Positions 36,340-45,969 of a DNA stretch of 64,000 nucleotides are shown here, one piece after another. How positions within the stretch are numbered: position 1 is the stretch's first letter; every line of letters starts with the position of its first letter. Made by a program: the position numbers and the translations under genes. The stretch comes from Phycisphaerae bacterium (GTDB lineage Bacteria; Planctomycetota; Phycisphaerae; UBA1845; Fen-1342). Under the pieces are notes generated by a model. That model had not been told where the DNA came from and made no database searches. It was given only the letters and a program-made list of their open reading frames with translations. The DNA lies in contig JAGNKU010000001.1 in assembly GCA_017999985.1 (NCBI GenBank), positions 237,276 to 301,275 on the forward strand. Reading direction: 5' to 3'.

Positions 36340-36525
36340 GTCCAGGCTCCGTGTACGGACCCACTCGCCGCGGCCCCCGCCGCGCCGGCAGGGAAACAGC
36401 CGCTTCGATGATCAGACGCGTATTCTGAAACGGGCGCGGCGGTGTGTCAATGCGGCCCCGCCGCCAAAATCCGGCGGGCCCGCGCAATACCCCGGGCCCG
36501 CGACGACGCGGTATCATGGCGGACC

Positions 36526-37500
36526 ATGGCCCCTGGCGGCGACAATCCGGCGGTCACCCTTTCACTCGTCGTGCCCGTCCTCGATGAGCGCGAAAACATC
36601 GTGCCGCTGGTGGAACGCATCCGCGCCGTGCTGGCCGAGCTCGCGCTGAGCTACGAGATCATCTTCGTCGGCAACGGCAGCCTGGACGACACGGCCGGAC
36701 ACGTGCAGCGCCTCGCCCGTGACGACCCGCGCGTGCGGCTGGTGCACCTGTCGCGCAACTTCGGTCATCAGCCTGCGCTCGTGGCCGGCCTGGAACACGC
36801 GCGCGGCGCCGCGGTCATCACCATGGACGGCGACCTGCAGCATCCGCCCGAGGTTATTCCGGCGCTGGTCCAGCAGTGGCGCGCGGGTTACGAAGTCGTG
36901 CAAACGATCCGGCGTGCGCCCGCCGATGCGAGCGTTTTGAAGCGCGCCGGCTCGCGGTGGTTCTATCGGTTGCTGTCCGCGCTGACGCATCTGCGCGTCA
37001 CGCCCGGCGCGGCTGATTTCCGACTGATGAGTCGCCCGGCGGTTGATGCGTTCCTGTCATGCCGCGAACGCTGCCGCTGCAACCGCGCGCTCGTGCAGTG
37101 GATCGGTTTCGCCTACACCGAAGTCCCGTACGACGCCGCGCCCCGCCTGGCCGGCGAAACCAAGTACTCCACCCGCGCCTTGTTCCGGCTGGCCGCCGAT
37201 GCGATCTTCTCGTTTTCCAGTTGGCCACTGCGCGTGGCAGGACTGGCAGGCGGCCTCGTGTCGCTGGCCGCCCTCGGGTACCTGATCTTCATCCTGTGGG
37301 CCCGGCTGTTCACGGACAACATTCCACCGGGCTGGAGTTCCACGCTCGCCGCCGTGCTGATTCTGGGCGGCGTGAACCTGATGGTGCTGTGGATTCTGGG
37401 CGAGTATGTCGGGCGCCTGTATGAAGAAGTCAAGCAGCGGCCGATCTACATCGTACGCCCGGCACCGGCGCCCGGCTCAACCGATGCGAAAAAGGACTGA
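36526..37500 (+). CDS. Glycosyltransferase family 2 (polyprenyl-phosphate sugar transferase, DPM1/ArnC/GtrB-like)
   Basis: LSLVVPVLDERENI, DDTAGHV and VITMDGDLQHPPE (the DxD region), plus two C-terminal TM helices typical of GtrB-like enzymes. Confidence 0.85.
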   Translation: MAPGGDNPAVTLSLVVPVLDERENIVPLVERIRAVLAELALSYEIIFVGNGSLDDTAGHVQRLARDDPRVRLVHLSRNFGHQPALVAGLEHARGAAVITMDGDLQHPPEVIPALVQQWRAGYEVVQTIRRAPADASVLKRAGSRWFYRLLSALTHLRVTPGAADFRLMSRPAVDAFLSCRERCRCNRALVQWIGFAYTEVPYDAAPRLAGETKYSTRALFRLAADAIFSFSSWPLRVAGLAGGLVSLAALGYLIFILWARLFTDNIPPGWSSTLAAVLILGGVNLMVLWILGEYVGRLYEEVKQRPIYIVRPAPAPGSTDAKKD

Positions 37501-38496
37501 TTTCGCGTAGTCCGGGTCGCCGCAGAAGTCGTCCGGCAGGGCCGGGCGGGCGGCGACCGCGCAGGTGCGCCCCACGGAGCATGCCGCTTCCGCGACCACC
37601 CGTTCCAACCGCTCCAGGCTCGTGCCCCGGTGATTCACCGACAGATGCAACAGTCCGTCCGGATCGAGCAAGGTCAGCGCGCCCGCCACGAGCCGCGCCA
37701 GATCGTCGGTCAATGAGAACACGCCGCGCGCTGTGCGTTGCCGTGCGAAGGTCGGTGGATCCAGAATGATGAAGTCAAAACGCTGCCCCTGCCGCGTCGC
37801 CCGACGGTAGTAGGCGAACGCGTCGTCGCAGATGAAGCGGTGGGTATCCAGCGCTATGCCGTTGGCCGCCAGATTGCGCTGGCCCCATTCAAGTGATTTC
37901 TTCGAGATGTCCACGCTGACCGTAGCCGGTGCCCCGCCCAGCGCCGCGGCCACGGTAAACCCGCACGTGTACGCGAACACGTTCAGCACGCGCCGCCCGG
38001 CGGCGAGCTCACGCACGCGTTGCCGCGCGTGGCGATGGTCCAGGAACAGCCCGGTCGCGTAGCCGTCGTAGGGCCGCACCAGGAACTGCAGCCCGGCTTC
38101 GTACACCGCGAACTCCGGCGATGCGGGCTGCCCCCACCACGGCGTGGCGTCCCGGTGCTGCTGGTCCAGCGCGGCGCGCGGCGCACTGCGATCCCTGGGA
38201 TAGACCTTGCGGTAAACCGCCGTCGCGCCGACGCGCTCGGCGGCCAGTGCGCACAGGTCGCGCGCCTGCTCCGCGTCCACCGCCAGCCGTCCGGCGTGCA
38301 ACTGCGCGATCAACACCGCGCCCAGCCGCTCGATCACCAGGCCGTCCACGCCCTCGGCCGCGCCGTGGAACAGCCGGCAGACGTTGGTCTGCGGCTCGGC
38401 CAGGATGGCCGCGCGGCGCGCCAGCGCGGCGGTGAGGGCCGGCACGGGATCTGGAGAGAAGCGCGGCGGGTTCGGCGACGGCGGGCGCGGCGGCAT
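37477..38496 (-). CDS. Class I SAM-dependent rRNA methyltransferase (RlmI/RlmK-like)
   Basis: RVLNVFAYTCGFTVAAALGGA (SAM motif I), FDFIILDPPTFARQ (motif IV DPP), and an N-terminal PUA-like region. Its start overlaps the tyrS stop. The upstream part of track ORF 37477..39225 is antisense of tyrS. Confidence 0.75.
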   Translation of the reverse strand: MPPRPPSPNPPRFSPDPVPALTAALARRAAILAEPQTNVCRLFHGAAEGVDGLVIERLGAVLIAQLHAGRLAVDAEQARDLCALAAERVGATAVYRKVYPRDRSAPRAALDQQHRDATPWWGQPASPEFAVYEAGLQFLVRPYDGYATGLFLDHRHARQRVRELAAGRRVLNVFAYTCGFTVAAALGGAPATVSVDISKKSLEWGQRNLAANGIALDTHRFICDDAFAYYRRATRQGQRFDFIILDPPTFARQRTARGVFSLTDDLARLVAGALTLLDPDGLLHLSVNHRGTSLERLERVVAEAACSVGRTCAVAARPALPDDFCGDPDYAKSVLFRIG

Positions 38497-39785
38497 TATT
38501 CTGTGGCCACGCGTAGCACGTGGAAGTGCTTCTTGCCCTTCCGCAGAATGACGTAGCCACCTGGCAGCAGGTCGGAGGCAGACAAAGTGTAGCCCGCATC
38601 GCGCACCGGCACGTTGTTGACCGACAGACCGCCGGCGGCCACCTCCTGCCGCGCGCGGCCGCGCGACGGATAGAGGCCGGCGTCGGTTGCCGCCGCGAGC
38701 AGACCGGCGGCGGGCGTGCCCAGCGCGGCGGCGGCAAGTGGCGTGCTCGGCGCGCCGTGGAAAGCCTCCCGCAGCTCCTGCGCGGAGAGCTGGCGATAGT
38801 CCGCGTCTTTGCTGAACAGTACGTCCGTGGCGCGCTGCGCGCGGGCCAGGGCCTCGGGGCCATGCAGCATGCGCGTCACTTCGGACGCCAGCACCCGCTG
38901 CGCTGCGCGCTTCTCGGGCGCCGCGGTCACGGTCGCGCCCAGCGCGCGAATCTCCTCCACGGGCAGCAGGGTGAACGTGTTCAGGTACTGCACGACGTCC
39001 TTGTCGTCCGCGTTCAGCCAGAACTGGTAGAACTGGTACGGGCTGGTGCGTTCCGCGTCGAGCCAGACGTTCCCCTCTTCCGACTTGCCGAATTTCTTGC
39101 CATCGGCGCGGGTCAGCAGCGGTGTGGTCAGCCCGAAGGCCTCGACGCCGCGCAGGCGGCGAATCAGGTCCGCGCCCGAGAGAATGTTGCCCCACTGGTC
39201 GCTGCCGCCCATCTGCAGCAAGCACCCGTACCGATCGTGCAGCGCCAGGAAGTCATAGGACTGCAGCAGCATGTACGAGAACTCGGTGTACGACAGCCCG
39301 TGCTCGCGCGTCTCCAGCCGCATGCGCACCGAGTCGCGGACGATCATCTGGTTGACCGAGAAGTGCTTGCCGATGTCGCGCAGGAAGTCCACCAGGTTCA
39401 ATTCGCAGAGCCATTCCGCGTTGTTGACGACCAGGGCCTCGTCCGGGCCGAGCTCGAGGAAGCGCTCGATCTGGCGCCGGATGCCCGCCACGTTGTGCTC
39501 GACCTGCGCGCGGGTCAGCAGGGTCCGCTCCGCCTCCTTGCCGCTCGGGTCGCCGATCAGCCCAGTCCCACCGCCGAGCAGGCCGATCGGCCGATGCCCG
39601 GCGCGCTGAAAGCGCATCAGCGTGATCAGCGGCATCAGGCTGCCGACGTGCAGGCTGTCGGCTGTCGGATCAAAACCCGCGTACGCCACCACGCGGCGCG
39701 TGCGGAGCAGCTCCGCCAGCTCGGGCGCGGAGACCTGGTGGATGAGATGGCGCTGCTCGAGGTCGGATAGAAAGTCAGTCATCAT
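38496..39785 (-). CDS. tyrS: Tyrosine--tRNA ligase
   Basis: GFDPTADSLHVGSLMPL (HIGH), KFGKSE (KMSKS) and a C-terminal S4-like domain. The start is ATG 39785 (MMTDFLSDLEQRHL). Confidence 0.9.
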   Translation of the reverse strand: MMTDFLSDLEQRHLIHQVSAPELAELLRTRRVVAYAGFDPTADSLHVGSLMPLITLMRFQRAGHRPIGLLGGGTGLIGDPSGKEAERTLLTRAQVEHNVAGIRRQIERFLELGPDEALVVNNAEWLCELNLVDFLRDIGKHFSVNQMIVRDSVRMRLETREHGLSYTEFSYMLLQSYDFLALHDRYGCLLQMGGSDQWGNILSGADLIRRLRGVEAFGLTTPLLTRADGKKFGKSEEGNVWLDAERTSPYQFYQFWLNADDKDVVQYLNTFTLLPVEEIRALGATVTAAPEKRAAQRVLASEVTRMLHGPEALARAQRATDVLFSKDADYRQLSAQELREAFHGAPSTPLAAAALGTPAAGLLAAATDAGLYPSRGRARQEVAAGGLSVNNVPVRDAGYTLSASDLLPGGYVILRKGKKHFHVLRVATE

Positions 39786-39956
39786 AGGGTGGATTGTAGC
39801 GGCAGGAACGTGTCGTCGGAAACGGCCCAGCGGCAGCGCGCGCCGCACACCCGCCGGGCAAGACCAGAGTGTCACCGGGGCGGCAGCATCCGTGGCCACG
39901 CCACGCCCGCGCGCCCCGGCGACACCCACCCGGTGCGCCGTGCGATGACGGCCGCT

Positions 39957-40415
39957 CTATTTCAGGCGGAAACGGCCGCGCCCGATCTTGGCGACGTTCT
40001 TCATCTCGGCCAGGGCAATGCCCACGCTCTTGGCCAGCGTCTTGTTCCTGGTCTTGTACCCGGCCTTCAGCACGCCGGCCGTGATGTCCTTGACGGCCAT
40101 GATGCCCTTGCCGGTGAGGACGGTCGTGATCACGGACTTCAGCGAGCCGGGGCGCGGGCCACGGCCACCGGGCCGCCCGCGGCGTGGGCCCGCGGCGACG
40201 GGGCCGCGCGGCAGGGCCGCGCCCATGGCCGCGAGCGCACTGTCCACCGCTTGGATGCGGGCGTCCAGCAGGTCACGCTGGCTGATGAGCTGGCCGCGCG
40301 CGTGCTGCAGGCTGCTGATGGCGCCGCGCATGTCCACCGGTCCGTACGAGCGGCCCCGCTTGCGCGGACGGCGTGTCTGGCTGGCAACCCTGGGGCGGCG
40401 CTTGGCTCTAGGCAT
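39957..40415 (-). CDS. Hypothetical basic protein (Arg/Lys-rich N-terminus, Gly/Pro/Arg linker, Lys-rich C-terminal domain)
   Basis: GGAGAA RBS 5 nt upstream of the ATG. The product is MPRAKRRPRVASQTRRPRKRGR...SLKSVITTVLTGKGIMAVKDITAGVLKAGYKTRNKTLAKSVGIALAEMKNVAKIGRGRFRLK. It sits directly downstream of cheY on the same strand. Confidence 0.45.
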   Translation of the reverse strand: MPRAKRRPRVASQTRRPRKRGRSYGPVDMRGAISSLQHARGQLISQRDLLDARIQAVDSALAAMGAALPRGPVAAGPRRGRPGGRGPRPGSLKSVITTVLTGKGIMAVKDITAGVLKAGYKTRNKTLAKSVGIALAEMKNVAKIGRGRFRLK

Positions 40416-40585
40416 GGGCTGTTCTCCAATCTCAAATGGAAAAGGTAACAGATCGCCGGCTAGCGTGTGACTCTACCGGCAAGACTACCTTTACGCGTCA
40501 CGGCGGGCGGTGTCAAGGGCGGAAGGGTATGGCCTGCAACGAATTCCCCCGTGACCATGCGGCACAGCGCGCTGGCTGCGCGCTG

Positions 40586-41011
40586 TCAGAACGCCTGGTC
40601 GTCGTCGCTGGCCTGGTTGGCGGGTTGCGCTGGGCGCCCGATGATGGGCATGAGCACGTCGCGGAGCTGCTCGGGACGGAATGGCTTGCGTACAAAGCCG
40701 CGCGCCCCGGCGGCCATGAGTTCCTGGATGCGGGTTTCGCTGCCCTCGGTGGAGGCGATGATCACGGGGATATCACGCATGCGCTGGTCGACGTGCATCC
40801 GCTGCAGGAGCTTGATGCCATTCATCACCGGCATGTTGATGTCCAGCAGAATCACGCTGATCGGGTGTTCATACATCTGCGCCAGCGCCTCGATGCCGTT
40901 GCCCGCCTCGTAGACCTCGCCAATGTCGAGCGCACACATCGTCAGCGTGCGCTTGATCATGCCGCGCATCGTTCCGGAGTCGTCTACAACCAGTATGTTC
41001 GCAGGCATGGC
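40586..41011 (-). CDS. cheY: Chemotaxis response regulator CheY (single REC domain)
   Basis: MPANILVVDDSGTMR, ILLDINMPVMNGIKLL (phospho-acceptor Asp) and IIASTEGSE ... GARGFVRKPF. Confidence 0.85.
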   Translation of the reverse strand, partial: AMPANILVVDDSGTMRGMIKRTLTMCALDIGEVYEAGNGIEALAQMYEHPISVILLDINMPVMNGIKLLQRMHVDQRMRDIPVIIASTEGSETRIQELMAAGARGFVRKPFRPEQLRDVLMPIIGRPAQPANQASDDDQAF

Positions 41012-41018
41012 AATGTTC

Positions 41019-41873
41019 CTACTTCTTGGCAAACAGCGCCTGGACGGCGCGCAATTCGCCAATGGCCTCGGCCCCGATGCCTTCGAGGTCCGATTCGGTC
41101 AGGTGCGCGCGCCCCAGCACGGCCGGGTCGGCCCGGTAGGCCAGCCCGTCGTCCCCGGTGCCCACACCAAACAGCAGGCAAACCGCATCCGCCAGATAGA
41201 CGGCGTCCACCAGCGCGTCCGGTGTCGGCAGTGCGCCGGGGTCGTGGTGATAGCGGATGCAGCGCACGATCGAAGCCGGCAGGCTCCAGGTTTCGGCCAG
41301 GCGCGCCCCGACTTCCGCATGCGTGTAGCCGAGCAGCTCCTGCTCGACCTCGGGGAACGACGTCCGGTCCTCGCTGACCCGCCGCACGATTTCGGCGTAT
41401 TCCTCGCGCACAAACTCGTTCAGCACCAGCTTGCCCGTGTCGTGCAGCAGGCCGGCCGTGAAGAGCATCCCGTACTGCGTCAGCCGCATCCGCCGCGCCA
41501 GGATCTGCGCCGTCACCGCGACCCCAATCGCGTGCGACCAGAGCGCGCCCGCCGGCAGGCCGTAGCCCTCCTGGGGCGGACTCATCAGCGTGCGGGCATG
41601 CGTGGCCATGACGAGCTGGAACACGCGGACTGTGCCCAGCAGGCACACCGCGTCGTCGAGCGACTCGACGCTGCGTTCCAGGCCGTAGTACGCCGAGTTA
41701 CACAGCCGCAGGACCTCGGCCGTCAGCGCCGGGTCGTAGCGGATCACGTCCACGATCTGCGGCAGCGTGCTGCGCGGGTCGCTGACCACGGCGGCCAAGC
41801 GCAGCACCGTGGCCGGCAGGTGCGGCAGCGCGTTCACGCGCTCGACAATCCGATCGACCACCACGGGACTCAC
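41019..41873 (-). CDS. HDOD domain signalling protein
   Basis: LPHLPATVLRLAAVVSDPRSTLPQIVDVIRYDPALTAEVLRLCNSAYYGLERSVESLDDAVCLLG and AGLLHDTGKLVL are typical HDOD. A GTG start overlaps the cheD stop (GTGA). Confidence 0.8.
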   Translation of the reverse strand: MSPVVVDRIVERVNALPHLPATVLRLAAVVSDPRSTLPQIVDVIRYDPALTAEVLRLCNSAYYGLERSVESLDDAVCLLGTVRVFQLVMATHARTLMSPPQEGYGLPAGALWSHAIGVAVTAQILARRMRLTQYGMLFTAGLLHDTGKLVLNEFVREEYAEIVRRVSEDRTSFPEVEQELLGYTHAEVGARLAETWSLPASIVRCIRYHHDPGALPTPDALVDAVYLADAVCLLFGVGTGDDGLAYRADPAVLGRAHLTESDLEGIGAEAIGELRAVQALFAKK

Positions 41874-42349
41874 AGCGGCACCTCCTGATTGCGCGACTTG
41901 ACCGTGACGACTCCGGTGTCCACGTCGAGCTTCAACGTGCGACTCACGGAGCCGCCGACGTTCTCCGCGCTGATCATGACGCCGTTCTTCCAGAAGATCT
42001 TCCGCAGCGCGAGGTAGTTCCGCTTGCCGATGTTGAACGTCCCGTTGTCGTCGAGCAACTGCGAGCCGCCGGCGACCTTGATCACCAGCCGGCTCTTCAC
42101 CGCGCCCAGCTCGTACGCCGCCTTGAACAGCCGCGGGACGCCCGTGTCGCAGAACATCGCCGGGCTGCTGCGGGCCTTCTCGGGCGACAGTTGCGACTCC
42201 GGCAGCATGTAGTGCAGCATGCCGCCGACGTGCGCCACCGGATCCCAGATCGCCAGGCCGATGCAACTGCCCAGCGAATAGGTGATCAGGCTGCTGCCCG
42301 GCTCGGCGGCCACGGCCAGATCGGCAATGTCAACGACCACGAGGGCCAT
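41870..42349 (-). CDS. cheD: Chemoreceptor glutamine deamidase CheD
   Basis: YSLGSCIGLAIWDPVAHVGGMLHYMLP (catalytic Cys) and AENVGGSVSRTLKLDVDTGVV. Confidence 0.85.
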   Translation of the reverse strand: MALVVVDIADLAVAAEPGSSLITYSLGSCIGLAIWDPVAHVGGMLHYMLPESQLSPEKARSSPAMFCDTGVPRLFKAAYELGAVKSRLVIKVAGGSQLLDDNGTFNIGKRNYLALRKIFWKNGVMISAENVGGSVSRTLKLDVDTGVVTVKSRNQEVPL

Positions 42350-42430
42350 ACGGACTCTGCGGGGCGCGCCCGTTCGCCCGCGCCACGCGGCACAGCGCGG
42401 CGCGGATGAAACGGGTCGGCGGTGACGGGC

Positions 42431-42946
42431 CTACGACTCGCTCGCGGCGCCGGCAGCTTCCTCGAGCGCGGCCACCAGCTCCTCGGACCCGAGGACCTTG
42501 TCGATGTCGAGCAGGATCTTCACGTCGTCCTTGACCTTGCCCATGCCCATGATGAAGGTCGTATCGACCGACGCGCCCAACGGCGGCGGCGGATCGATCT
42601 GCGTCCCATCGATGTCCAGGACTTCCTGCACCGTGTCCACGATCACCCCCACCAGCGAGCCGACATCGACGACCACGATGCAGGTCTGCTCCGTGTACTC
42701 CGCCGACTCGAGCCCGAACTTCGTCCGCAGGTCGATGACCGGAATCACCTTGCCGCGCAAGTTGATCACGCCCTTGACGTACGGGGGCATCTGCGGCATC
42801 GCCGTGATGTCCATGATCCCGATGATCTCGCGGACCTTCAGGATCTCCAGCCCGTACTCTTCCGCGGCCAGGCTGAACGTGAGGTACTTGCCGCCCTGGG
42901 CGGTGTTGCGGCTCCGACTGCTCTTCTCGATCTGCGCTGCTTGCAT
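42431..42946 (-). CDS. cheW: Chemotaxis coupling protein CheW
   Basis: YLTFSLAAEEYGLEILKVREI...PYVKGVINLRGKVIPVIDLRTKFGL. Confidence 0.9.
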   Translation of the reverse strand: MQAAQIEKSSRSRNTAQGGKYLTFSLAAEEYGLEILKVREIIGIMDITAMPQMPPYVKGVINLRGKVIPVIDLRTKFGLESAEYTEQTCIVVVDVGSLVGVIVDTVQEVLDIDGTQIDPPPPLGASVDTTFIMGMGKVKDDVKILLDIDKVLGSEELVAALEEAAGAASES

Positions 42947-42958
42947 GGGTTCACACTC

Positions 42959-45451
42959 CTAGGCCGGCGCGGTGACCGGCTCGGCCGGGCACGCGACACC
43001 GCTGCTGGGCAACGCCGCACCAACGGCGTCGCAACCGTACTCGTCTGGCTCCGTGTCGAGCGGGGACGGCGGCCGCTCCGCCGACCCGGGGGAAACGGTG
43101 GGGGCCTGGTACGCCGCGCTGCCCCGCTGCTTGTGCAGCGCCAGCAGCCCGGTCGGCTCCAGAATCACACCGACGCGCCCGTCGCCGAGGATGGCGGCGC
43201 CGGACACGCCCTGCACGCTCTTGAAACGCTCGCCGAGCGTCTTGATCACGACCTGCTGCTGGCCGATCAGCTCGTCCAGCACGAGGGCGATCTTCTGCCC
43301 CTCGCACTGCACAATCACCACCAGGTTCTCGCAGGGGTCGATCGGCGCGCCATAGCCGAACAGCGCCCCGAGCTGGATCAGCGGGCACAGCTCGCCGCGC
43401 ACCTGCAGCATCGCGCCCCGCCGCTGCACGCTCGTGATCTGCCGCGGCTCCGGCCGCAGCGACTGTTCGATCAGGATCGTCGGGATGATCATGCGCTCGC
43501 TGCCGACGCGCACCAGCATGCCGTCGATGATCGCCAGCGTGAGCGGCAGGCGGATGAAGAAGACGCTGCCGCGCCCCTTCTCCGACTGGATCTCGATCTT
43601 GCCGCGGAGCTGTTCCACGTTCCGCCGCACGACGTCCATCCCCACCCCGCGTCCCGAAATGTCGGTCACGACTTCCGCGGTGGAGAAGCCGGGCTGCAGG
43701 ATCAGCGCGAAGGCCTGCTGGTCGGAGAGCTGGTCGTCGGCCGTGATCAGCCCGCGCTCGATACCCTTGGCAATCAGCTTCTGCGGATCGAGCCCGCGCC
43801 CGTCGTCGCGAATCTCGATCACGATGCTGTCGCCCTGGTGATACGCGTTCAGCAGCACCTGCCCGACTTCCGGCTTGCCGGCCGCCAGGCGGTCCGCCAC
43901 CGGCTCGATGCCGTGGTCCACCGCGTTGCGGACCATGTGCACGAGCGGGTCGGACATCTGCTGGATGACGTTCTTGTCCAGCTCGGTCTCCTCGCCGTTA
44001 ATCACCAGCTCGACCTGCTTGTTGGCCTTGCGGGCCACGTCGCGCACCAGCCGGCGCATCTTCTGGAAGGTCTGTCCGATCGGCACCATCCGCATCGCCA
44101 TCGCCGTTTCCTGGACGTCGCGGACAATCTTGGTCACCTGCGACACGTTGCGGTGCAGCTTCTCGTCGCCCGTCACCGCCTCGGTCAGGCACACCATCGA
44201 CTGCGCGATCACCAGCTCGCCGACCGCGTCCACCAGCATGTCCAGCTTGTGCGTGTCCACCCGGATCGAGTGATCCATCACCGGCTTGCCCGCCGACTGC
44301 TGCGACAGCGCCCGCTCCACGTCGCCGACACTGGCCGCGCCTTCGTCGACCAGCACCTCGCCCAGCTTGCGCTGCGGCGGCGTATCCCGTTCCTGCGTCC
44401 GCAGCGCCGCGTGCACCTGGGACGCCGTCGCGGCCCCTTCGGCCACCAGCAGCTCGCCGAGCATCGGGCGGGCTGGCGCGGTCGCCGCCGGAGCCGCGGC
44501 GCCCGGCTGGGCCGCCCGCCGGAGCTGTCTCATGACGGCGCTGATCTCCGGCTGCGGGCACGGCCCACCGGTCGGGGCCGCCATGTAGCGCCGGATGGCG
44601 TCGAGCTGCGCCTTCAGCACGTCCACGCTGGCGAAGATCAGGTCCACGGTGCCCGCCGTGATGCGCAGCTCGTTCTTGCGGCCCTGGTCCAGGATCGTCT
44701 CGATTTCGTGCGTCAGCCGGTTGATGTCGCGCAGGTTCAGGAAACCGGCGATGCCCTTGATCGTGTGGAACGGTCGGAAGAGCTCGTCGATCTTGGTCGT
44801 GTCCGTCGGGTCTGTCTCGAGCGCGAGCAACCCGGCCTCGATCGCGTCCATGTGCTCGGTGGACTCGTCGAGGAAGCCGACCAGGTGCTCGCGCTCGCTC
44901 AGATCGAGCACCAGCGGCTCGCTGACATATGTCTCGTCCGGCGCCGCGGGCGCTGCGGCCCCAGGGGCGGACGCCGCGCGCTCGGGCACCGCAGGCGCCG
45001 ACGGCGGCGCCGGGGCCGGCGTCACCGCGTTCACCGGCGCACTGGGCGGCGGCGCGGGCGACGGGGCGACGGCCGGCGGCGCCGGAGGCGCGCCGGCCCC
45101 CGCCGCCGGGCCGTTGACGGCTTCGCGGATGCGCGTCACCAGCGAGTCCGCGGCAACCGTCTGGCCTTGATGGGCCTGTTCAATCAGGCACGCGGCTTCG
45201 GAGACGAGCGCAATCCCGAGTTCCGGGTTGGCGGCCTCGTCGAGAATCAGGCGTTCCAGCAGCAGCACGAGGCTCTCCGCCATCTGCCCGATGGGCGGGC
45301 TCACGACCGCGCCACCGCCCGGGGAGGCCGCCTCGACCAGGCTCTGGCCCCAGGAGTGCATGCGCGCCAGGCGCCCCAGGTCGTTCCTCTCCGGGGGCGT
45401 CGAGATTGCCTCGTGCAGGCCCGCGATTGCCGCTTCAACTGCTTGTTTCAT
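42959..45451 (-). CDS. cheA: Chemotaxis histidine kinase CheA (HPt, Pro/Ala-rich linker, dimerisation, HATPase, CheW-like domains, ~70-aa C-terminal extension)
   Basis: HPt (ELFRPFHTIKGIAGFLNL), HATPase (DHGIEP...GDSIVIEIRDDGRGLD...GRGVGMDVV), and a CheW-like C-terminal domain. The start is ATG 45451 (MKQAVEAAIAGL) inside track ORF 42959..45664. Confidence 0.9.
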   Translation of the reverse strand: MKQAVEAAIAGLHEAISTPPERNDLGRLARMHSWGQSLVEAASPGGGAVVSPPIGQMAESLVLLLERLILDEAANPELGIALVSEAACLIEQAHQGQTVAADSLVTRIREAVNGPAAGAGAPPAPPAVAPSPAPPPSAPVNAVTPAPAPPSAPAVPERAASAPGAAAPAAPDETYVSEPLVLDLSEREHLVGFLDESTEHMDAIEAGLLALETDPTDTTKIDELFRPFHTIKGIAGFLNLRDINRLTHEIETILDQGRKNELRITAGTVDLIFASVDVLKAQLDAIRRYMAAPTGGPCPQPEISAVMRQLRRAAQPGAAAPAATAPARPMLGELLVAEGAATASQVHAALRTQERDTPPQRKLGEVLVDEGAASVGDVERALSQQSAGKPVMDHSIRVDTHKLDMLVDAVGELVIAQSMVCLTEAVTGDEKLHRNVSQVTKIVRDVQETAMAMRMVPIGQTFQKMRRLVRDVARKANKQVELVINGEETELDKNVIQQMSDPLVHMVRNAVDHGIEPVADRLAAGKPEVGQVLLNAYHQGDSIVIEIRDDGRGLDPQKLIAKGIERGLITADDQLSDQQAFALILQPGFSTAEVVTDISGRGVGMDVVRRNVEQLRGKIEIQSEKGRGSVFFIRLPLTLAIIDGMLVRVGSERMIIPTILIEQSLRPEPRQITSVQRRGAMLQVRGELCPLIQLGALFGYGAPIDPCENLVVIVQCEGQKIALVLDELIGQQQVVIKTLGERFKSVQGVSGAAILGDGRVGVILEPTGLLALHKQRGSAAYQAPTVSPGSAERPPSPLDTEPDEYGCDAVGAALPSSGVACPAEPVTAPA

Positions 45452-45969
45452 GACTGCCCCATGCGCATGTGGGTCCGTGTTTCTGTCCGTACAGCGCACC
45501 GCAACCGGGCTGGCGCGCCGCAGCGTGGTTAGTCCTGTCTGTCGCGCGACCTCGCGCGCCGGCCGTGCAGCCCGGATCAGACGGCCGTGGCCGTGTCGCG
45601 GCCAACGGTCGCTCGTGAAGAGCGCAGCGCGCCGGCCGTGGCCGGTCAGCCGCGCTTCCAACAACCATCAGCGTTATCGATCGGCGGGCGGCGACAATTG
45701 AATAGGTCCCCGCCGTTGCGGAATCGCACTCGCCACCCGCCCGGTCCCACCGCCGCCGGCTGCCACCGCCCTGTGCAAACGGCGCCGCTGCGCCAACCTG
45801 GCTGTCCGATAATGCGTCCGGGGACGGACGACTCGCGCGGAGCGCGGCCGACGAGGGTCCCACCTTCGTCGGCCAGCGCCGCATGCACGTCCTGTAACCC
45901 CGAACGCCGCCGCGGCCACGCACGAGGCCACTCAGTCGGCGTCCACAACACGCCCCGCGCGGTGGGGCT

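Noticed and set aside
34759-36411. 550-aa plus-strand ORF
   Set aside because: Antisense of metG.
42422-45532. 1036-aa plus-strand ORF
   Set aside because: Antisense of cheA/cheW; the translation is dominated by R/H/D/L repeats.
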